Positions 15,532 through 27,349 of a stretch of 64,000 nt of DNA are shown here, piece after piece. The notes under the pieces were generated by a model that saw only the letters and a program-made list of their open reading frames with translations, was not told the origin of the DNA and did not search any database. The stretch comes from Dictyostelium discoideum (Eukaryota): NCBI GenBank assembly GCA_000004695.1, contig CM000153.2:1024001-1088000 (forward strand), given 5' to 3'. A program made the position numbers and the translations under genes. The number at the start of each line of letters is the position of its first letter. Positions within the stretch are counted from its first letter, which is position 1.

Positions 15532-15784
15532 ACAATTGTTTACAAAAAACACCCCCTCCTTCCTTATCATCATTCCTAAATGATCGATCACTTTACAAAA
15601 AAAAAAAAAAAAAAAAAAAAAATTTTTTTTTTTTTTTTTTTTTTTTTTCTTTTCTTTCTTTTATTCAAATCTTTTTTTTTTCTTTTTCTTTTTAATAAAA
15701 TTATAAACAATTCAAACTTTTATTTTTTAATTTAATTTTACTTTGTTTTATTTTATTTTGTTTTACTTTTTTTTTTTTTTTTTT

Positions 15785-17314
15785 TTAATTAACATACTGG
15801 AAAAGTTTGTCAAAATGAAATGAAATTTCTATGTTATCAATTACAATATCACCTTTTATATCTTTTATTTCAAAAATAATTTTATCCATTTGGAATCCTG
15901 GGTTAATGTCATATTTTTTAGTTCCATAGTACATTTTATTTTTATTATTAATTAATGAATTGCTATTTAATATATCATTATTAAAAGAATCCATATTTAA
16001 TTTTTTAATATTAACTTTTTCTAGAAATAATTTTGTTTGATTTGTTTTTGAATATGTTGAATTTATAAATAATAAAAAAGATAATTCACTCTCTATTTCT
16101 AAACAATTATTGTTATTATTTAAATTAATTTCATTTAATTTAAAATCATTTGAACAATGAATTAATATTGAAATTTGATTAAATTGTTTTTCTCCATTAA
16201 ATGATATTGATGTTTTTAAAATTTCATTTTTATTTATTGATGAAAAAAAAGGAATTAAACCAGATACTTGATCTATTAATTCATCTTGATTATTATTATT
16301 ATTATTAGTTGTGTTGTTGTTGTTGTTGTTGTTGTTGTTATTGTAATTATTAATACAATACATTAATGACTTTGGTTGAATTTTAAAAATATATAATTCT
16401 TCATTAAAATTATTTATTATTAAATTATTTTCATTTGTTTTTTCATCTTTTTTTGCACAAATAATTTTAATTGGATATTTATAATTTAAATAATCCAATT
16501 CATTAAATCTTGAAACATTTTTTAAAGTATTGTTTATTGTTGTTTTCAATTTATAAATATTATATTCATTAGTGTTTGACAATAATTGAAAAAATGAAAA
16601 TCCAAAATTATTTTGAAATTTTATTATTTCATTACGAAATTCATTTTGTAATTGTTTTTTCTTTTTTGGGTCAATACTAAATCCCCATTCATTACCATTA
16701 TTAATATAATCAATTTTTAAACAACTATATATTGACATATTTAAAGTTGATAATTTTAAAATTTGTTTTAAAAAAGTTGAAGTTGAAAAAGATGATAATG
16801 ACGATGAAGATGATTGTATCAGTGATGAAACAGGTTTAAAATAAAAGTCACTATATTCATTTAATAAAATTATTAATTTTGAATAATAATTTCTAATATT
16901 TAATTTTAAATTTTCATTTGAAAATTTAGAAAATTCTTGAAAATTAATAGTTTTTGAATTATAATTTGTAATAATTGATTTAATAGTTTTGTTACCAACA
17001 TTTCTAATTTCCCAAATTTTTAGTAAATCACATAAATTATTTCCATTCTCTTGTAAACTATATAAATTATTATTTAAAAATATTATAATTTCATCATTTA
17101 TTTTTTCATTTATTAATTGTTCAATATCTTGAATTAAACCATAAAATATTTTATTAAAATCATTTTGGTTTAAATAATTATTATCATCAAATGAGAATAG
17201 TGTTCCCCAAAATCCACTAAATATTCCTGATTTTAATTCATTATTAAATGGATTTAATCCAATTAAATTATATAATAATTGATATGATAATTCAATTCTA
17301 TCAATATCTTCCAT
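15785..17314 (-). CDS. Hypothetical protein, 509 aa, Asn-rich, no recognisable family
   Basis: A single long minus-strand ORF (MEDIDRIELSYQLLYNLIGLNPF...) with a poly-Asn tract. No motif I can name; additional exons cannot be excluded. Confidence 0.55.
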   Translation of the reverse strand: MEDIDRIELSYQLLYNLIGLNPFNNELKSGIFSGFWGTLFSFDDNNYLNQNDFNKIFYGLIQDIEQLINEKINDEIIIFLNNNLYSLQENGNNLCDLLKIWEIRNVGNKTIKSIITNYNSKTINFQEFSKFSNENLKLNIRNYYSKLIILLNEYSDFYFKPVSSLIQSSSSSLSSFSTSTFLKQILKLSTLNMSIYSCLKIDYINNGNEWGFSIDPKKKKQLQNEFRNEIIKFQNNFGFSFFQLLSNTNEYNIYKLKTTINNTLKNVSRFNELDYLNYKYPIKIICAKKDEKTNENNLIINNFNEELYIFKIQPKSLMYCINNYNNNNNNNNNNTTNNNNNNQDELIDQVSGLIPFFSSINKNEILKTSISFNGEKQFNQISILIHCSNDFKLNEINLNNNNNCLEIESELSFLLFINSTYSKTNQTKLFLEKVNIKKLNMDSFNNDILNSNSLINNKNKMYYGTKKYDINPGFQMDKIIFEIKDIKGDIVIDNIEISFHFDKLFQYVN

Positions 17315-17763
17315 TTATATATTATATATTTATTATTTTTTTTAAAATAATTATAAAATAAAATTCAATAATACAAATAAATAATAATAATAATAAAAGA
17401 AAAAATAATAAAAATAAATAAAAAAAAAAAAAAAAAAAAGGAATATTCTTGTTGGTTGTTCAAACACACAACACAAAATTAAAATAAAATAGTTAACTAT
17501 TTTTCGAAATCGAGTGGTGAAAATAAAAAAAAAAAAAAAAAGCATGTTCCTTATCTTTTATATATAAATTTTTTTTTTTCTTTTTATTTGTTTTTTTTTT
17601 TTTATTACAATACTCTATGTTTCTTCCTTTATCTTTTCTTTTTTATTTTTTTTTTTTTTTTTAAATTTTTGAGTTTTGAATATTTTCTACAATTTCTGTA
17701 TTACTTTAACTGTATTATTATTCTTTTTATATGTATTATTTTTTAAAAAATTATTTATCGAAT

Positions 17764-18491
17764 TTAATGAGATAATGGATATTTGTGGGTGATATCGTAA
17801 TATTTTTGTTTGAGTGCTGGATTTGCTTCCAAGTATTCGCTTCTAAATAATTCATAATCGTTTTCTGATTTATTATCAAAATAACGTATTGAAAATAATG
17901 AACCAATGATTGGAAGTAAACAAAGAGCTGTTAAATAGTATGGATTCATTGGGTATGGTACTGATGGCTATTTTTTCGTTATTTTTATTATTATTCCACA
18001 TGATTTGTTGAGTGAGTGAAATTGAAATGTTAATATTGTCATCATTAATACTAATTATAAAATATTATACATACTGGTGTATTTAAAAAGTAACCTCTTG
18101 GGAATTCATCTTCAACATCATCTGGATTAACATGATCGTGGTGTTCATCATGGTGTTCATCATGGTGACCATCGTTTGCGTGACTATCGTGATGATGGCC
18201 ATGTGAACAACCTGGACCATGAACATGATGTTGTTGTTGTTGTTGTTCTTCTGCTAATTCTCTAATTTGAATTGGATCAACAATAAAATTTCCGTGTTTG
18301 TATGAATAGACTGCGTCACCAAATTCTACTCTTCTTGTAATCATTTGTGTACCTGCTTCAGGTTCAGTTGGATAAGCACCACCTGCTTCACCACCACCAT
18401 GACTTGCAAATGAACGAATGGTAGTGTGTTTTACAATTGAGTTTACAACAACATTTTTTGTAGATAATAATCTAGTTGCTCTTGATAACAT
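17764..18491 (-). CDS. Mitochondrial-presequence, His-rich protein with C-terminal transmembrane anchor; two exons: complement(join(17764..17960, 18071-or-18095..18491))
   Basis: Exon 1 is track ORF 18051..18491 (MLSRATRLLSTKNVV... presequence-like; HHVHGPGCSHGHHHDSHANDGHHDEHHDEHHDH), which reads through into the intron. The phase-1 donor is either GTATAA (exon 1 low end 18071) or GTTACT (exon 1 low end 18095). The ~110-nt AT-rich intron ends at acceptor ...ccatcag| (exon 2 high end 17960). Exon 2 continues in frame into track ORF 17764..17949 (..PYPMNPYYLTALCLLPIIGSLFSIRYF.. is a hydrophobic helix). Only the intron model is inferred; both ORFs are seen in sequence. Confidence 0.5.
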
Positions 18492-18994
18492 CCTATAATT
18501 ACTTATTTATTTTTTTTTTTTTTTTTATAAATATGAATCTAAAACAAAATCAAAAAAAAAAAAAAAAAATTAAAAAAAAAAAAAAAATTGAAAAAAAAAA
18601 AAAATTTTGAAAAAAAAAAAAAAAAAAAAAATAAAAAAAGATATGAATGAAAATAGTTAAAAACAAATAATTATTTCGTTTTTCTTATTTCCCAAAAAAA
18701 GAAAAAAAGTAAAAAATAAAAAAATAAAATAAAAAATAAAAAAAAGAAAAAAATAAGAAAAAGCAAGTTATTGGACCTACCTTGGTTTTCAAGTTTTTTT
18801 TCTTTTTTTTTTCTTTTCATAATTTTTTTTTTTATTAATTTTAAAAATTACAAGAATTTTTTAAAATAAAAAAACAATTTTACCCTTTTTTTTTTTTTTA
18901 TAAACTAAAATTTTTTTTTTTTTTGTTAAATTAAAATGAATATAAACAAATAATAATAAAAAATAAATAAACAAACAAATAAATAAATATCAAA

Positions 18995-20131
18995 ATGTAT
19001 ACACAACAAAAACAAACACAAACACAAACACAAAATGTTAACAATAATCAATCACGAATAATACCATCTTCTTTTTCTTTTCAATCATCACAATCAAATA
19101 ATAAAGTATATAAACCAATACCATTGAAAGAGATGGAATTATTTTTATTCACTATACCAAGTAAAGAAAAGACTTTAATGTTAACAGATTTAGACGAAAA
19201 TACGACAAAGAAGGATATAGAGATAGCATTTTCAAGGTTTGGTTTAATCTATGATATTGTTGTTTACACAAATAAAAACTCTAAGCGAATATTAGGGTTA
19301 ATTAAATATTGTCTTGAAAACAGTGCTATATCAGCACTGAATCATCATCATACCATTGAAAAGATAAAAATCAATGGGAGAGAATGTACATCTGTAGTAT
19401 TATCAAGTTTTAAAAGTGACAAACCCTTTGAAATACCATTTCCAAAATCATTACAAATTATCAATCATCTTTTAGGTTTTAATCAATGGTCTACTGAAAT
19501 AGATAGATTCGAACATGAATACACTCGAGAGATTTTACTTGAAACTGATTTAAATGGTGTACCACTACAAACACCAATTAGAAAATATGAATCGAAATGG
19601 TATGCTTTGGTTTATTCAACATTCAAACAAATTGACGTTAGAATTAGTACAGTTTCACATGGTGTTGGTGAAGACTCTTGTAAGATTGAGGCAACTAGAA
19701 ATGCTAAAAAGGTTGCAGTTTCAAATTCAAGAAAATTAGCATTCACAAAAATTGGTATACTAATCATTAAGGATCAATCACCAATACCCTGTATATTAGA
19801 TCAAGACTCAATAGTAGATAGTAGTTCAAATAATTTTAACTCTGATTGTAATCAATATATGTTTGATAATAATTTAATTCAAAATGATGAAAATGAACAA
19901 CAACAAGAAGAAGAAGAAGAACAACAACAACAAGAAGAATTTGATGAAAATGAATTTCAAAATAATGATATAGATTTCGATTTTGATACCAATGATAGTA
20001 ACCCAACTGATTTAGATGTTGATGTTGATGTTGACATTGATACTGATGTTGATTTTAGTTCTGATATTAAAATTGATGATTCTAATGTTGATGCAGGTGT
20101 TGATATTGATGTTGATATTTCAATACCTTGA
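18995..20131 (+). CDS. RRM-like domain plus RAD52-motif protein (RDM1-like), acidic C-terminal tail, 378 aa
   Basis: An RNP-like segment (LMLTDLDENTTKKDIEIAFSRFGLIYDIVVY) is followed by a Rad52 N-terminal-like motif block: GFNQWSTEI (cf. GYNGWS), YALVYSTFKQIDVRIS, SHGVGED...KIEATRNAKKVAVSNSRKLAFTKIG (cf. HEDVGYG...KEAVTDALKRALRxFG). The D/V-rich repeats at the C-terminus are (GATGTT)n-type. Confidence 0.5.
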   Translation: MYTQQKQTQTQTQNVNNNQSRIIPSSFSFQSSQSNNKVYKPIPLKEMELFLFTIPSKEKTLMLTDLDENTTKKDIEIAFSRFGLIYDIVVYTNKNSKRILGLIKYCLENSAISALNHHHTIEKIKINGRECTSVVLSSFKSDKPFEIPFPKSLQIINHLLGFNQWSTEIDRFEHEYTREILLETDLNGVPLQTPIRKYESKWYALVYSTFKQIDVRISTVSHGVGEDSCKIEATRNAKKVAVSNSRKLAFTKIGILIIKDQSPIPCILDQDSIVDSSSNNFNSDCNQYMFDNNLIQNDENEQQQEEEEEQQQQEEFDENEFQNNDIDFDFDTNDSNPTDLDVDVDVDIDTDVDFSSDIKIDDSNVDAGVDIDVDISIP

Positions 20132-20238
20132 AAAAATAAAATAAATAAATAAATAAAATAAAATAAATAAAAGAATAGATATATATATATATATATATAT
20201 ATATTAAATAATAATAAAAATAATAATAAATATTTATT

Positions 20239-21371
20239 TTATTCATTTATAATATAATTAAAACTTTTTTTAATTTCTTCATATAATAATAAAGTAATTG
20301 AAGTATTTGGTATAACTTTTAATGTATTTGGTACTAAACCACGATAAAATCCTATTATACCTTCATTCTTTAAAATTTTAAATATAACATCTTTTGTTCC
20401 ATTGTATACTCTAACATTATTTTGATTTGGTATATTTCTTTCATCTTGTAATCTAGTCTTTACAACTTGAAATGGATATAAAATTGTACTTGCTAAAAAT
20501 TTTGAAATACTACTTGCTATAAAAATTTCTGATGCATTCTATATAATATATATATATAAATTTATAATTAATAATAGATTATTTACTTTTTTTTTATTTA
20601 TATATATATATATGAATTAAAATAAAATAATTCTTACTAATGAATCTAATGATTTACCAGAATTTGAAGAGAAATAAAATTTAATATGTTCATATGAAGA
20701 CATTTGAATACCACCATGAAATGTTAACCATAATGATGGAATTACGCCTTTATATAAACCTTTGAAACCTTCAACTTTAACAGTTTTTTTAATTCCATCA
20801 AATATACCTGTATAATAATTTGCAGAACCAGGTGTTTGTAATTGCATACGTGTTTTAATTAAAAATATTGGATTCGTTATGAAAACTTGGGTTGCACTAG
20901 CACCAACTGCGCAAATGAAATGATCAAATGTATTTAATTGTGTAACGTTGTATTTGGATTTTAATATATTTTTATAGGCTTCGTAAAAGTGCATATAGGT
21001 TCCCCATGCTATTCCACTAGCAACAATTGTTGGTGATGATCCTCTCCAAAATTGTTTAATTCCTTCATTCTTTAAAACGTTTTTACATGTATCAATAACT
21101 CCAACCCTTTTAAATTTATTTAAATCACCTCCACTTGCAAATCCACTGCCTTGTAACCTAATTTTTAAAAAATCAAATGGTTGTAAAAATGCTGTTGCAA
21201 CTGTTGATCCTAATAATGCTGATGTTCCTTCAACATCTTTTTATTTTTAAAAAAAAAATAAAAATAAAAAAACATAAAAAAAAAAATCAAACAAATAATA
21301 ATTAATATATTTAAAGTAATAATTGATAATTGATAGTATTTAATATACATACAAGGTTGAAATAAAGACAT
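20239..21371 (-). CDS. Mitochondrial carrier family protein, folate/FAD transporter-like (SLC25A32/Flx1-type); complement(join(20239..20538,20638..21236,21353..21371)), 305 aa
   Basis: Exon 1 is ATGTCTTTATTTCAACCTT with a GTATGT donor, and the first intron ends with acceptor ...aaaag|. Exon 2 carries repeat 1 (PFDFLKIRLQ) and repeat 2 (NPIFLIKTRMQ, GFKGLYKGVIPSLW) and ends ...GAT TCA TTA|GTAAGA. Exon 3 carries repeat 3 (YPFQVVKTRLQ, GIIGFYRGLVPNTLKVIP) and ends at a TAA. Exon lengths are 19+599+300 = 918 nt, in frame. It aligns closely with human SLC25A32 along its whole length (ITNPxxxxKTRLxLQ; YKGMFD..EGxxGLYKG). Confidence 0.8.
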
Positions 21372-21671
21372 TGTAGGACTAATTTTTGAATTTCTCTGAT
21401 TTGTTAAAAGAGGTGTTAAAATATTATTAAAAAATTTGGATTGTTCAAAATTTTCAAAAAATAAAAAAAAAAAAAATAAATTAAAAAAAAAAATAAAAAT
21501 CTTTTTTTTTTCGTTTTTTGTCCCAAAATATCGTTTCGTTATTTGTTTTAGGTAAAAATTTTAAAAAATAAAAAAAAACATTTATTTATTATAATTATTA
21601 TTTTATTATTTTTATTATTATTACTATTATTTAATATATATCTCATTATAAAACATACAATTTTATTTTCA

Positions 21672-21705
<34 letters not shown>

Positions 21706-22051
21706 ATTAATAATAACTAGTTATATTAATTTTTTTAAAATATAGCCTATTTATCCAAATTTTCTATTTTTTTTTTTTTTTTACTCAACAAAAATGATTT
21801 ATTTGTTTGATCAAAAAAAAAAAAAAAAAAGGTTTCGTTTTGTGAAATTAAAAAAAAATAAAAAATAAAAAAAAAATAAATTACGGGGTTTTTTTTTTTT
21901 TTTTTTTTTTTTATTTCATTTTTAATTTTTATTTTTTTTATTTTTTTTATTTTTTTTTTTTTATATACCCACCACATACACAACAATAATATTTATTAAT
22001 AAAGCAGTCGATTTAAAAAAAAAAAAAAAAGAAATATAAATAATAATAAAA

Positions 22052-22527
22052 ATGGCAACCCCAATTATTGTTGGAGCAACCATTGCAGGTATTGCATATT
22101 CAAGTAGATTTTTAATTAGAGTTATTCAAAGAGCAAAATCAAAACAACTTTTTGAAATGGTTTCAACACCAGGTTTCACTGTTGAAACTATTGAAGATGG
22201 TTTCGAAAATAAAATGACTCCTGCTGAAGCTGCAAATATTTTAGGTTTAAAGTAAGTTTTTTATTTTACTATAAATAAATTTCATTTTCTATTATTTTTA
22301 TTTTTATAACCCCCCTTTTTTTTACAATAAAAATACTAATATTTAACTAAAATTACAATCTAATTTTGAATTATTGATTATATAGAGAAGAATCAACAAA
22401 AGAAGAAATTAAAATTAGACATAAACTTTTAATGATTAAAAACCATCCAGATAAGGGTGGTTCCTCTTATTTAGCAACCAAAATTAATGAAGCAAGAAAT
22501 GTTCTTTCTTCTAAAAACAGCAATTAG
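22052..22527 (+). CDS. Mitochondrial import motor J-protein TIM14/Pam18 (DNAJC19-like); join(22052..22251,22386..22527), 113 aa
   Basis: Exon 1 has an N-terminal TM segment ([18 protein letters not shown]) and ends TTA AA|GTAAGT. The acceptor is tatag| at 22385. Exon 2 is [46 protein letters not shown], a J domain with the HPD motif in the Pam18 context HPDKGGS. Confidence 0.85.
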
Positions 22528-22827
22528 TTGTTGATCGAATTTAAAATATAAATAAAATAAATAAAAAAAAAAGAAGAAAAGGATCCTTTTTTTCTCTCGA
22601 ATTTGTACAAATTAAAAACCCTCAAGAGATATTAATATTATAAAAAAAAGATATTGTTTTATCATTTCCAATTTTAAATTATTGTTTTTTTTTTTTTTTT
22701 ATTGTTTGTTTAATATACAAAAAAAATGTTATTAATCTTTTTTATTTTTTATTATCTTTTTTTTTTAATTTTATTTTTATTTTATTTTTATATCACACGC
22801 ACATATTTGTATTTATAATTAAAATTT

Positions 22828-23289
22828 TTAACCTCCATGTAAAGTTGAAATGAAAATGATTGTATCTTTATCTTCTACATTGTATGAGATACCACCAAAT
22901 AATTCCCAATCTGCGTCATTAATTAAAACTAAAATACCTGGACGACTATTTTTTTTTTTTTTTTTATAATTAGTAAAAAAAAAAAAAAATAATAATAATG
23001 GATTTTATATATACTTACACTGTATCATCAACTACAAATAACTCTGATCTTTCTTTGAGTAAGTTATCTCTCATATATAAAATTAAATCTTTTAATGGAA
23101 TTTCATTCTTATCTGAAAATTCAATTTCGTGTACTTTCTTTTTATCAAATAATAATTCTAATCCACCACTAAAAATAATAATTTTTTTTTTTTTTAATAA
23201 ATTATTATTATTATTATATTAGTATTACTATTATTATAAGAAGATTTATTAAATTAAGATATATACCTTAATTCAATTTTAACTTTCAT
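22828..23289 (-). CDS. urm1: Ubiquitin-related modifier 1 (URM1); complement(join(22828..22945,23019..23168,23267..23289)), 96 aa
   Basis: The spliced product [96 protein letters not shown] ends with the diagnostic STLHGG Gly-Gly C-terminus. Donors are GTATAT and GTAAGT; acceptors are ttttag| and aaaatag|. Exon lengths are 23+150+118 = 291 nt, in frame. Confidence 0.85.
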
Positions 23290-23479
23290 TTTATATTCTA
23301 TTTATATCAATTAAATTTTGAAAAAAAAAAAAAAAAAAATAAAGCAAAAAAAAAAAAAAAAAAAAAAAAGGTTTTGTTTTTCTCGAGTTTTTTTTAATTT
23401 CCATTTTTTTATTGATAAAAACCTTAAAATTTGGCACTTAAAAAAAAAAAAAAAAAAAAAAAATTATTTTTCATTTTAT

Positions 23480-23962
23480 TTTTTTTTTAACAATGATCCA
23501 AGAGCACCATCATTGAATGGTCATGATAACCCATCAGTTAATAATATGATCACTTCTGTCTCTTTCATATCAAATCCAACTACTAGATTATTATTGGCAT
23601 TCATTTGGTGATTGGAATTTAGATAAATCAAATCATGTAATTTCTTTATCACTAAATGATAATTAATGGTATTCAATTAATACATGTAATATTAATGCTT
23701 AACAAATGGATACAGATATGATTGCAAAAACCACAATAACTATATCAATAACAGTTGTGCAACAACAACAAAACAACAATGGCAACAACAGCAATCAATA
23801 AAGGTACATTAATTGAAGATAGCGTTAATAGTTCATTAAAGATTTTATGCTCAGCATTATTTAATCCACCAAATTGGTGAATACTTTGTAGGGTCATCCA
23901 ACTACAATACCTTTGAGATTATTACAAGTGATTATAATAATAATAATAGTATATTGGCATAA

Positions 23963-24003
<41 letters not shown>

Positions 24004-24420
24004 AACAACAACCACAAACAACAGGAAACTACTTTCACAATTCCAAAATAAATTGGAGACTCAAATACCACACCCACCAAATTCATTAGATAATGCAACT
24101 CCAATTACTACATCCACTGCAATTGGTGAGGATTGTAAACCTCTGTAATCATTCCAACCATATCGTTGATATGAAGAAGCAATTTAAAACCATCGCAATC
24201 TATCATAGGACTTGTATGCAAAATAAAGTCCCAAACTTTTATTTGGAGAAACTTGATCGTATTCAAGTCACTGTCATTTGTATCAATGAGTATGCTGCAA
24301 GATATCGATTGGTTGATATCATTTATGATCCATCAGAGTTTGACACATTCGTCGTTATCTTATGGAAGTAAAAATGCAAACAATATCAAAAAGTTGTAAA
24401 CCAGTTTACCATCACTACTA
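23480..24420. other. Coding-like (less AT-rich) ~0.9 kb segment without an intact ORF on either strand: unresolved multi-exon gene, pseudogene, or noncoding RNA
   Basis: Composition clearly departs from the flanking homopolymer-rich DNA. It contains a (CAACAG)n Gln-coding repeat at 23960-24005. Only short ORFs are present (e.g. 24093..24371 +), each interrupted by stops. I could not find a splice model that joins them. Confidence 0.25.
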
Positions 24421-24979
24421 CCACAGAATTCAGAGTTTGAAACTCGTTATTTTATTCTTGATTTAAAAATTAAAAAAAATAATAAAAAATAATAAAAAAA
24501 AAAAAAAAAAAAAAGTAATAACCTTTTAATTTAAATATTTTATTTTTATTTGTTTATTTTTATTTTAAATTGACCAAGAAAATATTTTTAAACTTTTTTT
24601 TTTTTTCTGTTTATATTTTTTAATCAAATTTCCAAAAAGTAAAAAAAAAAAAAAAAGAAAAATACAATAAATTACCAAAGAGATAATAAAAAAAAAATAA
24701 TAATAATAATAATAATAATAAAATCTATTTTTTGATTACATTTAAAATATAAATAAATGTTTTAGTATATAAATAAAATTTTTTTTTAAAAAAAAAAAAA
24801 AATGTAACGTTTATTCATTCCTGTTATGACCACAACAGAAATGAAAACGTGCGTTTTTTTAAAAAAAAAAAAATTACAAAAAACCGCTACTTTTCGCTTT
24901 TTTTTTTTATAAAACAAAATTTCAACTTTTTCCAAAATTTTTTTTTTTTTTGATTTTTTCCACTCTAACGTACCTAAAA

Positions 24980-25683
24980 ATGAAAAGAAACACTAGTATG
25001 TATCTTTATATCACATATCCTAATTCACCTTCAATCTATCAAAATAAATAGAGAGATAATTATTGATAATATTAGACTATCAATCTAATAATCTTCACTA
25101 TCAATCAATCACAAAATAATCTTTCACACTACCTATCCATTATCATTATATATCATCTTTCACCATTCACACATTATCTATAAAACACATTATCGTCATG
25201 CGCAATCATATGAATAATACTCTATGATTGTTATTAACATTATAATGTTTAAATACTTATTATAATGTTATCTACACAGACGTCAGCTCATCCCGTAGAA
25301 AGTCAAGAAAAGCACACTTCACCGCCTCATCAGGTGAAAGACGTATCCGTATGTCTGCTGCTTTATCTCACGATTTAAGAACTAAATACAACGTTAGATC
25401 TCTTCCAATCAGAAAAGACGACGAAGTCCGTGTTGTCTGTGGTGATAACAAGAATCACGAAGGTAAAGTTGTTGCCTGTTACAGAAAGAAATACGTCATC
25501 CACATTGACAAACTTACCGTCACCAAAACCAACGGTAACACTGCTCAAATTGGTGTCAGTCCATCAAATGTCATCTTAACTAAATTAAAATTAGATAAAG
25601 ACAGAAAAGCTTTATTAGAAAGAAAAAACAGAACCGTCGCTGCTGATAAGGGTAAAGTCAAAGTCTCTGCTGACGTCAACTAA
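24980..25683 (+). CDS. rpl26: 60S ribosomal protein L26 (uL24); join(24980..24995,25280..25683), 139 aa
   Basis: Exon 1 is ATGAAAAGAAACACTA with a GTATGT donor at 24996. The 284-nt intron ends with acceptor cacag| at 25279. The spliced protein [58 protein letters not shown]... aligns residue-for-residue with human RPL26 ([58 protein letters not shown]). The exon-2 codon bias (GC-richer, C-ending codons) fits a highly expressed gene. Confidence 0.9.
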
Positions 25684-26016
25684 ATTAAATAAATTATTTT
25701 AGGTGAAATACAAATTAAATTTGGTTTATAGTGTTTATTTATTTTAGTTTATTTTATGTGATAAAAAAAGAAAAAGAAAGAAAACAAAGAATAATATATC
25801 TAAATTTATTTTATTTAATAATTTCATACGAGTGACTTTCAACTCTTTTTTTTTTGTTATTTTTTTTGTTTTTTTTTTCACATATTATTGCAAATGAAGG
25901 ATACTAATTATAATTTGTCAATTTTAAACTATTATAATTTTAAAACTATTATATTGTTTATTGTTGTGTTATTATAATATTGAGTATTGTAGTAATTGTT
26001 TTTTTGAATTAATTTA

Positions 26017-26729
26017 TTACATCATATGATAGTCAGCTTCGATATCTATATCGTCAGATGTCTCACCACCAGTTTCATCAATTTCTTCATATTCATAATC
26101 ACGACTTGAATCATAATCTGGTTCATTATCAAATATTGAGAAAATTGGATTTTCCATTTGAGATGTCATCTTTTTTGATCTTTCAACAAAATCATTAAAA
26201 TCATCTTTGGTCTTGCAAAAGAAAGCAACTACCAATGATGGGTCAACTTCTGAAACATGTGTTCTCTTTGTGGTGCTACAAAAGAAGGTCTATTTTTTTA
26301 ATGACAATAATAATAATAAAATGATGTTAATAAAAAGTTTGAAATATATCAACTGTTATTAATGTTGTTGTTTATAATAATTTTCACTCACATTTAAAGG
26401 GAATTTAGAACCATTTTCAACTTCTATATGATTTTGAACAGTATGTGGATCTAAATAAAATAAGTTATCATCTTGTGCAGCGATAAAATAAAGTGATGCT
26501 CTTGGTTTTCCACCAACAACACCAAGATTTTGAGGAAACTTAAAGATTTCTAACAATGAAGAATGATAAATACTATTTAATCCATCCAAACCTAATCTCA
26601 TTGGAATTAAAATTAATAATGGTTCCCAAGTTTCATCATTATCTTTGTTGTTGTTTTCACTTATTTCATCTTTACTTTCATCATCAATTTTATCTTGTTT
26701 TTCATTCACATTGCTACTATCATTTATTA

Positions 26730-26795
<66 letters not shown>

Positions 26796-27311
26796 CATCA
26801 ATATTATTCTTATCCACATTTTCATTATGTTTTTCATCATTAATTTTATCATCACCATTATCTGTTGATGACTCTATTTGTTGTTGTTTTTGTTGTTGTT
26901 CAGTGGATGATGTTTTTTTCTTTTTAGAAGAAATATTTAAAAGTTGGTCTATATACAATGAACCATCCTCTGAAATGAAAACTGATATATTACATTGATC
27001 ATAATTTCTTGAGACAAGAATCCTTTTTTTTTTTTTTTTTTTTTTAATAAAAGTAAATTAGAAACATTATTCAAAAAAAAAAAAAAAAAAAAAATAAAAT
27101 AAAATAAAATAAAATAAATATAAACTTACTTTATTGTTTGAGAAATGATGGATGGTGCGAACCATTCACCAATATTCTTTCCAAGGTTTTGGCCCTCCAT
27201 GGCAATGTTATGAATAGAAAATGGAGCCGATGGTTTATCTAAAAACATTGAAATAATCTATAAAAAATAATAAAAGAAAAAAAAAAAAAAGAATTAATAA
27301 ATTTTGATTTT

Positions 27312-27349
<38 letters not shown>

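Noticed and set aside
20617-20994. Track ORF suggesting a 125-aa protein starting MHFYEAYK
   Set aside because: It is an internal piece of exon 2 of the mitochondrial carrier gene. The reading frame is open upstream to an acceptor at 21236, and the true start is an ATG at 21371 in a 19-nt first exon.
21747-21986. Short ORFs made of Lys/Phe runs in homopolymer-rich intergenic DNA (also 17351..17545, 23318..23611, 33860..34042, 34282..34738, 35441..35623, 35734..36207, 52960..53229, 55105..55299, 63284..63511)
   Set aside because: They are translations of poly-A/poly-T tracts with no codon structure. Two of them even span the N gap.
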